The notes beneath the pieces are model-generated. The model had not been told where the DNA came from. It saw only the letters and a program-made list of their open reading frames with translations, and ran no database searches. A DNA stretch of 64,000 bases. Origin: Williopsis jadinii (lineage: Eukaryota). Shown one piece after another: positions 31,692 through 43,723 of this stretch. The DNA is taken from contig AP024664.1 of NCBI GenBank assembly GCA_024346625.1, forward strand, positions 1 to 64,000. The letters run 5' to 3'. The position numbers and the translations under genes were made by a program. The number at the start of each line of letters is the position of its first letter. Within the stretch, counting starts at the first letter, position 1.

Positions 31692-31799
31692 GTCTCAGCG
31701 TTGTTGGACCAAAAATTTCATCTGTAATCCTCTTCTTTCCTTTCTTCTTCTATGGAAGGATAACGATTCAACAGTCAATCTCCAAATAAACATTCAGTA

Positions 31800-33202
31800 A
31801 TGTCACGTCCACAGAACATTGGTATCAAGGCCATCGAGGTCTACATCCCAGGTCAAGTTAGTATAAAGGTGTCTCATTCTGTGTTCCGAACGACTACTAA
31901 CTCGAAGTCTTGTAGGCCGTAAACCAAGCAGAGTTGGAGAAGTTTGATGGTGTGTCTGCTGGAAAGTACACCATTGGTCTTGGTCAAACCAACATGGGTT
32001 TTGTGAACGATAGAGAGGATATCTACTCCATGACCCTTACCGTCTTGTCCAAGCTTATCAAGAACTATGACATTGATGTTAACAACATTGGAAGATTGGA
32101 AGTTGGTACAGAGACTTTGCTCGACAAGTCCAAGTCTGTCAAGTCCGTATTGACTCAATTGCTCGGTGATAACACCGATACTGAAGGTATTGACACCATC
32201 AACGCATGCTACGGTGGTACTAACGCCCTTTTCAACTCCATCAACTGGGTTGAATCATCTGCATGGGATGGCCGTGATGCAGTTGTTGTTTGTGGTGACA
32301 TTGCCATTTATGAAAAGGGTGCTGCAAGACCAACTGGTGGTGCTGGTACCGTTGCCTTGTTGATCGGTCCAGATGCACCAATCGTCTTTGATAACATTAG
32401 AGGTTCATTCATGGAGCACGCTTACGACTTCTACAAACCAGACTTCACATCTGAGTACCCATATGTTGATGGTCACTTTTCCCTTGCATGCTACGTTAAG
32501 GCCTTGGATAAAGCCTATGCGGCTTACTCTAAGAAGGCCATCAAGGCTGGTGTTGAAAGTGCCACCGCAACTACTGTGGGCGCTACAAAGAGATTTGACT
32601 ACAACGCATTCCACGTTCCAACTTGTAAATTGGTTGTCAAGTCTTACGCAAGATTGCTCTACAACGACTTCAGAGCCAACCCAGAGTTGTTCCCAGAGGT
32701 GGATAAATCACTTGCAGAGATGTCATACGAAGATTCCCTCTCTGATAAGACCGTTGAAAAGACCTTTGTTGCCTTGGCCAAGGAGCTGACCAAAGAAAGA
32801 GTTCAACCTTCTTTGCAAGTCCCAACAAACACCGGTAACATGTACACCGCTTCTTTGTACGCAGCATTGTCTTCTTTGTTGTTCTACGTGGGATCTGAAA
32901 AGCTTCAAGGAAAGAGAATTGGTCTTTTCTCTTATGGATCAGGATTGGCTGCATCTTTGTTCAGTGCAGTGGTCAAGGGTGATATCACCTACATCACCGA
33001 AAAGTTGGACTTGGACAACAAGCTCAACTCTAGAAAAATTGCTACCCCAGATGAGTACGAAGCTGCATTGGCTCTTAGAGAAGCTGCTCATTTGAAGAAG
33101 AACTTTACTCCAGTTGGTTCATTGGAAAACGTTGGATCTGGTGTTTACTACTTGACAGAAGTTAACGACAGATTCCACCGTAAGTACGCTGTTAAGGAGT
33201 AA
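31800..33202 (+). CDS. ERG13: HMG-CoA synthase; exons 31800-31856 and 31916-33202
   Basis: [19 protein letters not shown], then a 59-nt intron GTTAGT..TACTAAC..TAG, then [16 protein letters not shown] active site. Confidence 0.97.
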
Positions 33203-34020
33203 GAAGCCGAACCAAAGAAATAAAACGAAGATGAAGGATTTGGAGAAAACGAAGTTTTAGGAAAGATTAACTAGATATGATCTATAGTTTTAATGGCATT
33301 GATAATTTATTAGGCACATCATCAAGGCAATGGAGAGCACGTAGTGACCAGATTCTAAGCAAGAACCGAACTGAGCGGAGTGCACACTGCTATTGCACTG
33401 TGCCTTTGAGTAACAGACTCAAACAACCACACTCATCTAGGCTATTCCACCCTGTAGATAAAAAGGAAGATATAAACCTTCACGTAACCAGAGCAACTAA
33501 TCTAAGTATCTGTCGCGTCTGTGTGTTGCCCCCTCCAGCTTTCAACCATACCACAAACAGCCAATCACAAAGAGGCAAAATGTGTCCTATTTACAAACAA
33601 ACATTTTATTCCCCCCCCTCCCCAAAAGCGCTCGTACTGGAGTTTACACAATCCTGGTACGTGCAACAAACTCCACAGCTTTATCCCTCAGTTCCGCTTT
33701 ACTGCCGCTGCAAACGGCTTCTAAAGTCTGGTTTTGAACTGTGTGTGCGCCTCCCAACTATCAAAACCCGAGCCTGGAACAAAGTTTGAAACTTTCAAAG
33801 CGCTTTATTGTGTCGCAAATTCGGGCGGTCCAATCACATTCGCGGATTTACCGCCATTCTACGCCTTTTTGTGGTTTTCGTACTGTTCCATTTCCCGCGT
33901 AGAAAGAAACCTTTGTTTTGTAATTTTGAGAAACTTATAAACAGTTCGTTTCTTTCAACACTACGGGAAATCGCTTGTTGATATAAAGGGAATTTGATGA
34001 TGGATACGTACTTTGCTAGA

Positions 34021-36210
34021 ATGCCATTCAGTTGCTTCAAGTACCAAGGTTTCAGTGCTTCGAAGCGCTATTCTACGGTTGCAGCTAAGCATTCGACTGC
34101 GTTCTTTGACTCATCGTACAATCACATCCGTCAAAACTCTCAGCTACAGACTGTTGAGAAAGTTGCCGCCCAAGGTGCTAAACGGTTAGGTAACCCCCAT
34201 CCTGCTAATGCTGGCTCTGTTCATTATCTCCAGGTTGACACCGATGAGAACAACAACAACAGCTTCAATAATGAGTCAAACGTCAATGCCAGTGCTAATG
34301 CTACTGGTAATTTTGTGTTGAAAGGTCCTGTCAATGTTGGTTTGGACAAGGGCGGTAAGAAGCACAATGGTCGTTTGAAACAGACAAATTTGAACAGATC
34401 CTTGCAATCACAGATTCAGATGGCACCAGTGACGAATATGCTCGTTTCAAGGTTACAGAGTAAGAGATTGTTGTACACTGATCACGAAACTAGGGCGGTT
34501 GCCGCTGAGATGAAACCATCCGATGAGGTGGCTGCTCAAGAACCGACTCCCGAACCTTCAGTGCATTCAGATGCTAAATATTTCTCTCCCGGGGAGATTG
34601 AATACGTTGAGTTGACTGATGACACATTTGTCCAACACCACACCCAAGAGATCCAAAGGGCTTATAGAATGTGTGACTATAACAGAATTAACGCTCTGTA
34701 CAATGCAATGAAGAGAAACGGGTTAGTGCCTTCTAGAGATGTCTACGATATGGTTTTATCATCGATTGCAATGAGAGACATTGACCATTCAGTTGATGAT
34801 CAGATGTCCATGATGTTGAATGTTTACTCCGCTCTCATTTCAAATAAGATCAAACCAGATCTGCACATTTACTCGACGGTTATTTACCAACTGTTGGACA
34901 AGTCTATCAAGTGTTACATCGACAAGGATTTGTCGAACAACGGTTGTGATTTCTTCAAAATTGCTATCGATATCTTCAACGCTTCAAACTGCTCTCATAT
35001 TCAACAGTTTGATGGCGACATCACCGATATGATTCTTGTTGGAATGAACTTGTACCCTGGATTGGTAAACAACACCCAACTCATCAAGATCTTGGAAAAA
35101 CAACCAAATTTCGTCAAGAATGACATTTACTACTCCGCAATGATTAACTGTTGCAAATTCACAAACGATTCAGAATTGGCCATTCAACTTTACGAAGAAT
35201 TCAAGCAGAAATCTCTTGAAATTCCAAGCTTAAAGGAGAACCAGTTCGTTATTTATTCTGCATTCATTTCAACCTTGGTTGCCACTAATGAAATTGCATT
35301 GGCAACCAAATTCTTAGATAAGCTCTTGACTTCAATCAAGAACTATGAGGATTACGAAACGAAGATCACAATGCTACTTTCTTCTTACCTGCTGCATTTG
35401 TCCAAGACGAACTTAGAAAAATCTTTGGAAATTTGGGCCCAATTCAACAGAATTGATTGGATCCCAGAGTTTTCTTATGAATTTTACACCAATTTGTTAC
35501 AAGATTCCTTGAACTCAACTTCTTATGATATCAGTGTCAAACTTTACAATTACATGTCTGCATTGCCAAGATCAACCGTGGGGAAAGATCTGTCTCTAGA
35601 TACCATGTTGACCACACCAAGAAGAGTTGAGAATGCAATCTCTCAATTCATGTTGACTGCTTTACAGCATAATGATAAAGCTACAGTTCTTAAAGTGTTG
35701 AGAGAGTCTTTTATCAGAAAGACAACCTTTGATCATCAAGTGTATGCTCCATTATTTCATTTCATTCAATCTGATGAGTTGATTATCAAGATTATTAACT
35801 CACACGGATTGCAAATTAAGGATGGGTTCAAATTTTTGAATTATCTTACATGTCATGTACCAAACTTACCATTGTATGGCATTTCTGGTACCGAGTTCTT
35901 TAAGAGACTTGTGGATGAGTTTTCACTTGAAGAGCCAAATGACTTTTCGGGATTCTTCCAAGTTTGGAAATCTGTATTTGATGACGTTCACACAACTCCT
36001 TCTAACGAACTGTTGGAGATTTGTGCACCACTCATCGTGGAATTTTATGATTTGAAGAATTATTATGCCGAGTTACTTTCAAAGGACGTTTTGGACTTTA
36101 AGATGACTCTCACTGCATATTTTATAGATCACTATAAACCTGTTGAAGGCGCTTCTAACGTTATGCAACAGGCTACTGCATTGCTTCAAGATATGAAGCT
36201 CATGAACTAA
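34021..36210 (+). CDS. RPM2: Rpm2-like mitochondrial PPR protein (mitochondrial RNase P protein subunit)
   Basis: Presequence-like N-terminus with TAFFDSSY, INALY..MKRNG.VP and PPR-like KPDLHIYSTVI; position near the PRE8 and UFO1 blocks. Start is uncertain (33997, 34000 or 34021). Confidence 0.75.
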   Translation: MPFSCFKYQGFSASKRYSTVAAKHSTAFFDSSYNHIRQNSQLQTVEKVAAQGAKRLGNPHPANAGSVHYLQVDTDENNNNSFNNESNVNASANATGNFVLKGPVNVGLDKGGKKHNGRLKQTNLNRSLQSQIQMAPVTNMLVSRLQSKRLLYTDHETRAVAAEMKPSDEVAAQEPTPEPSVHSDAKYFSPGEIEYVELTDDTFVQHHTQEIQRAYRMCDYNRINALYNAMKRNGLVPSRDVYDMVLSSIAMRDIDHSVDDQMSMMLNVYSALISNKIKPDLHIYSTVIYQLLDKSIKCYIDKDLSNNGCDFFKIAIDIFNASNCSHIQQFDGDITDMILVGMNLYPGLVNNTQLIKILEKQPNFVKNDIYYSAMINCCKFTNDSELAIQLYEEFKQKSLEIPSLKENQFVIYSAFISTLVATNEIALATKFLDKLLTSIKNYEDYETKITMLLSSYLLHLSKTNLEKSLEIWAQFNRIDWIPEFSYEFYTNLLQDSLNSTSYDISVKLYNYMSALPRSTVGKDLSLDTMLTTPRRVENAISQFMLTALQHNDKATVLKVLRESFIRKTTFDHQVYAPLFHFIQSDELIIKIINSHGLQIKDGFKFLNYLTCHVPNLPLYGISGTEFFKRLVDEFSLEEPNDFSGFFQVWKSVFDDVHTTPSNELLEICAPLIVEFYDLKNYYAELLSKDVLDFKMTLTAYFIDHYKPVEGASNVMQQATALLQDMKLMN

Positions 36211-36327
36211 AGAGGAAGCGGAAGAAGAAGAAGGAGATGATACGATTATATTATTTATACAGACACCGTCGCCATTACATGACCACCCCTTTAATGACAT
36301 TTAAAAAAAATGACAAAAATTGTAGAT

Positions 36328-38076
36328 TTAATTATCTAATACCGATCTTCTCAATGCCTCTTCCAAGTGTCTTTCAAACTCTTCGTCGTTATAGTCATCA
36401 TCGAAATGATGAGCTGAACTATTAGTTGGTTCCGTCGACTCAATGTCAGGTTCGGTTGAGTCTGAGATGATTTGTTCCAGAATGGAATCAGTCAGCGATG
36501 ATACGCTTTCATTGTCTATCGATTGCTCTTGCATTGACTGATTCAATACCATTGCAAGTTCAATTTCTTCTTCCTGTGTAAGATCATCACCGTTATACCT
36601 TGATCGTAGTTCATCCTCAGCATCCTGGAGCTGATGACGATAGTCAATCTCATCAACCTCATTCTTTATTACTTTATGGATTGCATTTTTCCTTTCTCCA
36701 ATTAATCCGTTGACACTCTTCTTACCCTTTTTCTTTGATGCTGGGACCTTTAAATCACCAACTTGAAAGTAAATCATGATATTACCCACAATGGCACCAC
36801 CAAAGGTGTCGTCATTGTTCCCACCTAGGAATATATGTGATGTAGATACATCACGTACACCAAAGTATCTCATTGGTAGGGCTTTGTTGATAATACAAAG
36901 ACGTCTACCTGTGAGTACCTCAAAACAGCCAATCAGCCCATCTGAGCATCCCACAAGTGCTACAGTGGCATTCACTGCAACGCTATTTATACGAAAACCT
37001 CTTTTGGTATCAAGAGTGGGCATGATATCAGTCAAAGGCTTATCTAACCCACGGCGTATGTTAAAGATGAGTAGCCTGTTGTCAGTAACCACGGCCAGGT
37101 TGAGCCCATCGCCTCCGGCAACTCTTGCATCACAAGGCTTACGAGTCTCTAATGAAACACCGGTAATATGATCACTTCCGTTGACTTTGAAGGAAGTAGA
37201 TCGGCCAAATGACGAAGATGCGAATGAATAGGCCCATAATTGTGTCTCATGACCAACGATAATTACTTCACCTTCAAAATCGACTTTAAAGAAATCCACG
37301 TATTCATCGAAGGGAATCACAGATGTACCTCGAGACGAGCAAAGGACATGCATGTCAGTTTTAGTGACTGCAATGACAGAATCCCTACAGCCCTTCAAGC
37401 ACTGTATTGAACCATTGAGCTTGTATTCATGTTCAACTTTCATGGTTTTGAAGTCGGACACAAAGATATTCCCCTTATCGTCACCACTATAACAATGAGT
37501 TTCATTGCTATATATACACGTGACTTTACTTGGATGCTTTTTATCAAATGGCTTATCATTGGCGTAGTAAAACCTCTGCTGTAGTTGATGGCGGGCGATG
37601 ACACCACTTATCGTTCCAACAACGGAATCAGTTGGTGATAGACACTGTGTAGTCAAGCCATTCAGAGACGAAGCAGACAGTTGTGCTTCCACCCTACCCT
37701 TACTGACGTTCACCACAGTTATGATGTCAGACGCATCCTTCACGAAGCACCTCGGATAGACCATCTTTACATCACAAAGCATCGCGTATGGGAATGTGGC
37801 AACCTTGATGATCTTTGTGATCTTTGTAACACGTGCCCATCTTCTAATCATCTGGGACCTGGCAAAGAACTCTTCCGAGAAGTTCTTCGATCTTGTCACA
37901 GAACTGAACTCAGTGACACCGAACTGTCTCTTGAACTGGGTTCTCCAGATCTCAGAGTCATTCACTATCTCTTCAAATATCGGTGAGCTTTTCGACACGT
38001 TCTCAAGATCAGCAACATCTAGTTGCCCCAGAATGCGAATCACTATCTCTAGTGGTAGAGAGAGGAGAGAAGCCAT
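36328..38076 (-). CDS. UFO1: F-box/WD40 protein with C-terminal UIMs
   Basis: LLSLPLEIV F-box, GGDG motif, UIMs EEEIELAMVLNQS and LEEALRRS. Confidence 0.8.
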   Translation of the reverse strand: MASLLSLPLEIVIRILGQLDVADLENVSKSSPIFEEIVNDSEIWRTQFKRQFGVTEFSSVTRSKNFSEEFFARSQMIRRWARVTKITKIIKVATFPYAMLCDVKMVYPRCFVKDASDIITVVNVSKGRVEAQLSASSLNGLTTQCLSPTDSVVGTISGVIARHQLQQRFYYANDKPFDKKHPSKVTCIYSNETHCYSGDDKGNIFVSDFKTMKVEHEYKLNGSIQCLKGCRDSVIAVTKTDMHVLCSSRGTSVIPFDEYVDFFKVDFEGEVIIVGHETQLWAYSFASSSFGRSTSFKVNGSDHITGVSLETRKPCDARVAGGDGLNLAVVTDNRLLIFNIRRGLDKPLTDIMPTLDTKRGFRINSVAVNATVALVGCSDGLIGCFEVLTGRRLCIINKALPMRYFGVRDVSTSHIFLGGNNDDTFGGAIVGNIMIYFQVGDLKVPASKKKGKKSVNGLIGERKNAIHKVIKNEVDEIDYRHQLQDAEDELRSRYNGDDLTQEEEIELAMVLNQSMQEQSIDNESVSSLTDSILEQIISDSTEPDIESTEPTNSSAHHFDDDYNDEEFERHLEEALRRSVLDN

Positions 38077-38235
38077 CCTTTAACAGCTCCTCACTCTCCA
38101 ATATGAGGATATGTCTCACCGTCCTGAGTATCTAAAGCAAAGAGTTGATTGTATATAAAAAGGCACGTTTTTTTTACACACATTTATGTTACAGCCACTA
38201 CATCAACATCAACATCCACCTGATGCAGTATTCTA

Positions 38236-41200
38236 TTACAATGCAATATGTAAGCCGTTAGCCTGTGCTATAGCTCTAACGTCGGCTGATGATACACCAA
38301 ATGAATCCAGATGTGCCACTATACAATAAATATCCTCCAACAACGCTTCGTTACTTGCCCATGTTAGAGTGCCGTACTGACCACCGGTGGCTTTAATGGC
38401 TGCTATAGCACGTCCCTTTATGTGATCAAGGTGGTTGATAACAGACGATCTCTGTTCTTTCGACATAGCATGCTCGCCGTTTCGAAGCATTTGCGATAGC
38501 TGCAGATGCTGTTCCAACGATACTCTGTAGATATTCGATTTCTCAATGTTAAACAACACTTTCCCATCATCAGCAGTTTTGAGTGATGGATTGAACTTCA
38601 AGAATTCGTTAACGACAATTGAGATCTCCTCAGAGGTTTGACCAAAGTTTTGAGAAAATTGTTTAGTGTTTACCCATGGCTCAATACCAGAGCCATAGAC
38701 GATAGATGCCAAGTCCCTCACTTCAAAGTCATCATCTGTGAGAAATTGGTATACAAACCAAGAAACTTGTGCATTTTTCTCCAAGTTGAGATATCTGAGA
38801 CATGACTTCAACGCTGACATACGAACCGGGAACGGTTCATTGTCATTGGAGTTCTTTTCAATAAGGTCAGTCCATTTCTCAAACAATGATTTATCCCTAG
38901 CAGCAAACGAACCAAGGAGTTCCAAACAGGAACGTTTGATGTCTTCACCGTATAATTCTTGATCAGTGGCGAATCTAACCAACTCAGAAGCATCAAAGTT
39001 TTCAACTAATGGAATAGCCTTAGATCTCACATACGTAAACTCTGTAGGAGCTTTGGCAATATTCTCAATTTCTGCATTTTCAACATTATTTGTGGCACAG
39101 TACGCTAGTGATTCGAGTTTGACTTCGAAGTACTTGGATGTCAATCCGATGTCAAGTGTATCATTGTCAACGACAAGCTTAAAAAGCTCTTGAAGATAGA
39201 GTTGTTTGGAACCGTCTAATTCGAATACAGAATTTTCGGAAATGAACAATTCTTTCAAAGAAGTCTTCAGAGAATCTGGAATGACGAAAGATGCAAGAAC
39301 GTCAACATAAGCCTTTTTGGTTGCAAAGCATTCATTTTTGAGCAATACATCATCAAAGAGCTTAAACAACTTTTCACCAACACTGACATCTTTCGAATTC
39401 AACACCTTAACGGCCAACAAATATCCATGCAACTTGTTCTGATTAGCAGTTGAACAGTCATCAAGTAAAAACAATGATTCCCTCACAGAGTCAGTGACAA
39501 GGGCAGGTAACGCCCTGGAGGCACATTCTCTAATTTTCCAATGTTTTGTTTCAAGACATCCCCTAATCAATGGTAAAAATTCATCCAGCTCCTGATATCC
39601 AGGTGTGCTATCTAGCTTTGATAATATGGTCAAGACTGGAAACAGAGATTCTAAATCATCTCCAATGTCCCTAAGAGTCTTTATCAAGATTGCTTTAATT
39701 CCCTTGAATCTAGAAAAGAACACACGAGCCGATAACTTCTTATGTCCAAAGAGTCGGTTTTGTAAAGCGGTAAATAACATTATTGAACAGTTACGCATCG
39801 ACCAGATCTTAGAGTTGAATGTCGAGATGGAGAGTTCAAGTCCTTTGTAAAGGTATGGAGCACAACAATCCGCGAGTTGAGATTCAATGAATAGTGTCTT
39901 AATACAGTTGAAAGCGTGAACTTGAGCGATGTCCATCTTTTCGGATTCTTCTGCAACATCCACAGGAGTTGATGCTACTGCAAATAGTTTATCAAATGCA
40001 TAGGGAATAAGTTCACGCTCCACAGAAACAACAGCTGTAATCAGGAATGGCAAACCACCAGAACGACGTGTGATAAGTTGTGTCTTTGTTTGAATCAATT
40101 CAATGTTTGCATCAAGCCATTTCTTGTTTTGTCCTGGCATACGCTTTTTACATAGAGATGCAATCTTAATAAATGTTGGATACACTGAAGAGAATGCACC
40201 TCTGTGGCGAACAGTAGCCAGTTGATCCAACGTAAGCTCACCTAGTTTGAGAATATCCTCATCTGAGATATTCATATCTAAGACTTCTTGGAGTAGCAGT
40301 GTTGACTCCTTTGTGGATCTCCATGCAAAGCTGAGCACCAATTGGGCCGACCCAACATTGAATTCATCCAAGCCCTCTGGTGAATCGTTAATGAGAATAC
40401 TCTTAACAAAGGACCAATTTCTTTGGCATAGATCGATCAACGCCTGCGGGTCTTTGTTCTTCTTATCATGACAAAGTATTAAGCGTATTGCTTGGAAGAA
40501 ACCATCGACTGGGTTTTGAACTCCCTTTTGGATATCTGAAGTTAGAGGGATGGTCCCAACAAGTCTATCATAGATCTGGGAATCGTTGAACAACTTTGTA
40601 CACATCTCCAATACCTTTGAGCCTGCATCTGCCTTGGTGTAATCTGATAGCACTTCAAATCCAGACTCGATCAAGTTGAGTTTCTCTTCAACAGTCCATT
40701 GGATCTTTGATACTTCCAATAGGTAAGTAGCGTTGGAACGGATATCGTTGTAAGTGCTCAAGACTGCATTTAAAAGGCATGTCTTTAAATCTTGATCAAA
40801 AATAGAAATTTTGAAAGGGTAGTCAATATCAACATTAAACAGAATTTCAGGATCCAAGTTCGATTCAACAATTTGTCTTAGTACAACCAATCCAGATGAA
40901 AGTCTTTGATATGGAGCACCTGGGCTTAGCAGGGTTTTCAAAAATTGAATCATCCACTTGAGAAATTCCTTACACATTTCAACCTCTTTCAACGTTTCCT
41001 GTGCTTCATCATGGAGTTCCTTTTTATGCATCATCTTTGCAGCATCTCTGTTCAATGCATATGAGGAGTCCTTGATTCTGAAGAGGAATTGTTTGAACAT
41101 GCTGATAAATTCCATTCTAGTTTCCACCTCTGTATCAACAAAGAACATTGGGATGTATTGTTGCAAAATTTCAAACACCTGAGAGTTTATTGGTCTTGAA

Positions 41201-42255
41201 CCTTTCGGAGAAAATGTTAATAGCTGAAAGATCTTTGTCTTGTAGTTCTCTTGGACAAGAAGCTCCACTATCAACTCTTTAGAGACGATTTTTGGGAATG
41301 GATCATGCTCAATGGCAAGCTGTTGACCAATGTTCAAACAAGAAATCAACAGATCAACATCGTCTTCGATCTTGTGGACAACGATTTTGAACGACGCCGG
41401 AGAAATCTTGAAAAGAGATGGCAATATGTGGTGTTGAATCCCCTGACGGAGTTTTGGGTCTCTCAAAGAGACAATCACAGACACCCAGTATTGAGACACC
41501 CATTCACCAACGTGTGCCTCGTCGACATAGAGTCTTTTCAAGAGAGATGAGACGCAGCGTCCAATGAGTGCACCCAAGCCTTTCCAGTTGATCAACGACA
41601 ATGAACGCTGTGTGAAAGATGGATCCTTCTTTAGGATATAATGCACATCTTCAAGCTCCTTCGATAAGATCTCTAACAAATGGTACTTAACCCTTCTTGT
41701 GTCCTGCACTTGTAGTGCAATAGATGTCCAGTTTTCAAACCTCTTTTGCGAATCGTAACGTTTCAGGAGCGACACGAGCTTCGTGAACAAGTCCTTCAGA
41801 GAATTCGACAAGGGAGAACCAGTCTCGTTCCAGTAGTCCAGTGTATAAGAGAACAAAAAGTCCAAACGCTCGTCATTCAACAACGACGGTATCAGATCGT
41901 GAAAGGCTCTATTTTTCGAGCCCAATGCACCTGAGCGGATGACCCAGATAGACAAGGTGTCTGAAGCAGCCAGCTTAGCAGCGTCTGTTGATTCAGTGCT
42001 CTGTAGCACATCGAATAGCAACGTCACAGAGTACTCAAGCGCCGCACCGTAGTGTTCAACCTCCACATCTCTGTTGGCGATGAAGAGCTTACGCAAGTTG
42101 TTCACAGCGGCAGCATCCAGCAATGAGCCCGATCTTTCAGTATGGTCTCGACCACGTGCTTCAACCAGTGCCTCACTAAGAGTTTCAAGTGATAAAGAGC
42201 TCATTCTCTCATAGACTGGCCAGTTAGTTCCATCCAACTGTTGAATCATCAACAT
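38236..42255 (-). CDS. TRM732: tRNA 2'-O-methylation cofactor Trm732 (THADA/DUF2428)
   Basis: SFAWRSTKE, RHRGAFSSV, ITRRSGGLPF, QVHAFN, WSMRN; near TIF11. Confidence 0.92.
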   Translation of the reverse strand: MLMIQQLDGTNWPVYERMSSLSLETLSEALVEARGRDHTERSGSLLDAAAVNNLRKLFIANRDVEVEHYGAALEYSVTLLFDVLQSTESTDAAKLAASDTLSIWVIRSGALGSKNRAFHDLIPSLLNDERLDFLFSYTLDYWNETGSPLSNSLKDLFTKLVSLLKRYDSQKRFENWTSIALQVQDTRRVKYHLLEILSKELEDVHYILKKDPSFTQRSLSLINWKGLGALIGRCVSSLLKRLYVDEAHVGEWVSQYWVSVIVSLRDPKLRQGIQHHILPSLFKISPASFKIVVHKIEDDVDLLISCLNIGQQLAIEHDPFPKIVSKELIVELLVQENYKTKIFQLLTFSPKGSRPINSQVFEILQQYIPMFFVDTEVETRMEFISMFKQFLFRIKDSSYALNRDAAKMMHKKELHDEAQETLKEVEMCKEFLKWMIQFLKTLLSPGAPYQRLSSGLVVLRQIVESNLDPEILFNVDIDYPFKISIFDQDLKTCLLNAVLSTYNDIRSNATYLLEVSKIQWTVEEKLNLIESGFEVLSDYTKADAGSKVLEMCTKLFNDSQIYDRLVGTIPLTSDIQKGVQNPVDGFFQAIRLILCHDKKNKDPQALIDLCQRNWSFVKSILINDSPEGLDEFNVGSAQLVLSFAWRSTKESTLLLQEVLDMNISDEDILKLGELTLDQLATVRHRGAFSSVYPTFIKIASLCKKRMPGQNKKWLDANIELIQTKTQLITRRSGGLPFLITAVVSVERELIPYAFDKLFAVASTPVDVAEESEKMDIAQVHAFNCIKTLFIESQLADCCAPYLYKGLELSISTFNSKIWSMRNCSIMLFTALQNRLFGHKKLSARVFFSRFKGIKAILIKTLRDIGDDLESLFPVLTILSKLDSTPGYQELDEFLPLIRGCLETKHWKIRECASRALPALVTDSVRESLFLLDDCSTANQNKLHGYLLAVKVLNSKDVSVGEKLFKLFDDVLLKNECFATKKAYVDVLASFVIPDSLKTSLKELFISENSVFELDGSKQLYLQELFKLVVDNDTLDIGLTSKYFEVKLESLAYCATNNVENAEIENIAKAPTEFTYVRSKAIPLVENFDASELVRFATDQELYGEDIKRSCLELLGSFAARDKSLFEKWTDLIEKNSNDNEPFPVRMSALKSCLRYLNLEKNAQVSWFVYQFLTDDDFEVRDLASIVYGSGIEPWVNTKQFSQNFGQTSEEISIVVNEFLKFNPSLKTADDGKVLFNIEKSNIYRVSLEQHLQLSQMLRNGEHAMSKEQRSSVINHLDHIKGRAIAAIKATGGQYGTLTWASNEALLEDIYCIVAHLDSFGVSSADVRAIAQANGLHIAL

Positions 42256-42538
42256 TGGCTGAGCCAAACAAGAAAAAAAAAACACAGAAAAATTCTGAGC
42301 GAAGCTCATCGGACACAAAAAGCGACTCGAAGGCTAGGATATTCGTTAGAGACACGCACAGAGGACTATTGTTAAAGGCACACACTGGGATCGCACGGGC
42401 TGCGCAGCACGTAGGCGGGAATGGTGGGACATTTCAAAGGGAGGTGTCGAAGTGTTTGTTTATGGTTGGGGCTTCAACACAGCCAACAGCCCTCCACATT
42501 GCTTTCTCTTCCAAGGCCACGAAACACATACATCACAG

Positions 42539-43624
42539 ATGGTTGCTGACAAATACATTGGGCTGGCACTGGCGATATCGTCGTCGTTTGCCATTGGAAC
42601 TTCCTTCATCATCACGAAGCTTGGTCTCAAAGACGCATCGAGACAAGGCTTTGACGGTGAAGGACACGAGTACCTCAAGAACCCTATTTGGTGGGCAGGA
42701 ATGATCACCATGGCAGTTGGGGAGATTGCCAACTTTGCAGCGTACACGTTTGCTCCTGCTATCCTTGTGACACCGCTGGGGGCGCTCAGTGTGATTATTG
42801 GTGCAGTGTTGGCTGCGGTGTTCTTAAAGGAGGAATTGGGGACGTTGGGCAAGATGGGATGTGCCATTTGTCTGTTGGGCTCTGTTATCATAGTGCTACA
42901 TGCACCAAGTGATAAGGAGATTGATTCTGTGAATGAAATCTTGGACTATGCATTGACACCGCTGTTTATGTCGTACTGTATCATTGTCACGGTGTTTGCC
43001 CTGGTTATGATCTACAGAATCGCACCTGTGTATGGTACCAAGAATCCGATCTACTACATCTCCATCTGTTCTTCAGTTGGTTCCATTTCCATTGTCAGTA
43101 TCAAGGCATTTGGTATTGCACTGAAGTTGACCCTTAACGGTAATAACCAGTTCAAAAACCTCTCCACATATCTCTTCATCGCTGTTGTGGTTATCTGTAT
43201 CATGACCCAGATGAACTACTTTAACAAGGCACTCGATCAGTTTGATACTTCGATTGTTAACCCATTGTACTATGTCACTTTCACCACAGCAACTTTGATT
43301 GCCAATTTCATCCTCTTCAGAAATTACAACGATTCAGGCGCAAAGGATTCCGTGTCATTGATCTGTGGATTCCTCATCATCTTCTCAGGCGTGTTTCTGC
43401 TGAACATTTCAAGAAAGAAGAACAAGTATGAAGCAGCCCAGTTATTCTCTCAACAGGACGATCTCAGTGACATACCTTTAGAAGGCGGTGTTGGAGCCTT
43501 CCAGGCAAGACGCTCTTTGAACTTGCAAAGAACCGGCGCAGCTGATCATGAAGAGAGTGTAGGGTTGAGAAGATTCGACAACGTATACGACGATGACGAT
43601 GATGATGAGAGATTCAGAGTCTAG
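42539..43624 (+). CDS. NIPA-family magnesium transporter
   Basis: DKYIGLALAISSS, WWAGM..GEIANFAAYTFAPAILVTPLGALSV, QMNYFNKAL. Confidence 0.93.
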   Translation: MVADKYIGLALAISSSFAIGTSFIITKLGLKDASRQGFDGEGHEYLKNPIWWAGMITMAVGEIANFAAYTFAPAILVTPLGALSVIIGAVLAAVFLKEELGTLGKMGCAICLLGSVIIVLHAPSDKEIDSVNEILDYALTPLFMSYCIIVTVFALVMIYRIAPVYGTKNPIYYISICSSVGSISIVSIKAFGIALKLTLNGNNQFKNLSTYLFIAVVVICIMTQMNYFNKALDQFDTSIVNPLYYVTFTTATLIANFILFRNYNDSGAKDSVSLICGFLIIFSGVFLLNISRKKNKYEAAQLFSQQDDLSDIPLEGGVGAFQARRSLNLQRTGAADHEESVGLRRFDNVYDDDDDDERFRV

Positions 43625-43723
43625 ACATTTACACTTTTATAGATCTAATAGGAAAAAGAACAGAAAATGGCATACAGAAGTTTATACGTAGTAATTAAGA
43701 AGAAAACATGTATATAACAGCGA

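Noticed and set aside
33277..33940. ORFs of 67-170 aa between ERG13 and RPM2
   Set aside because: No motifs or codon bias; the region looks like terminator and promoter DNA.
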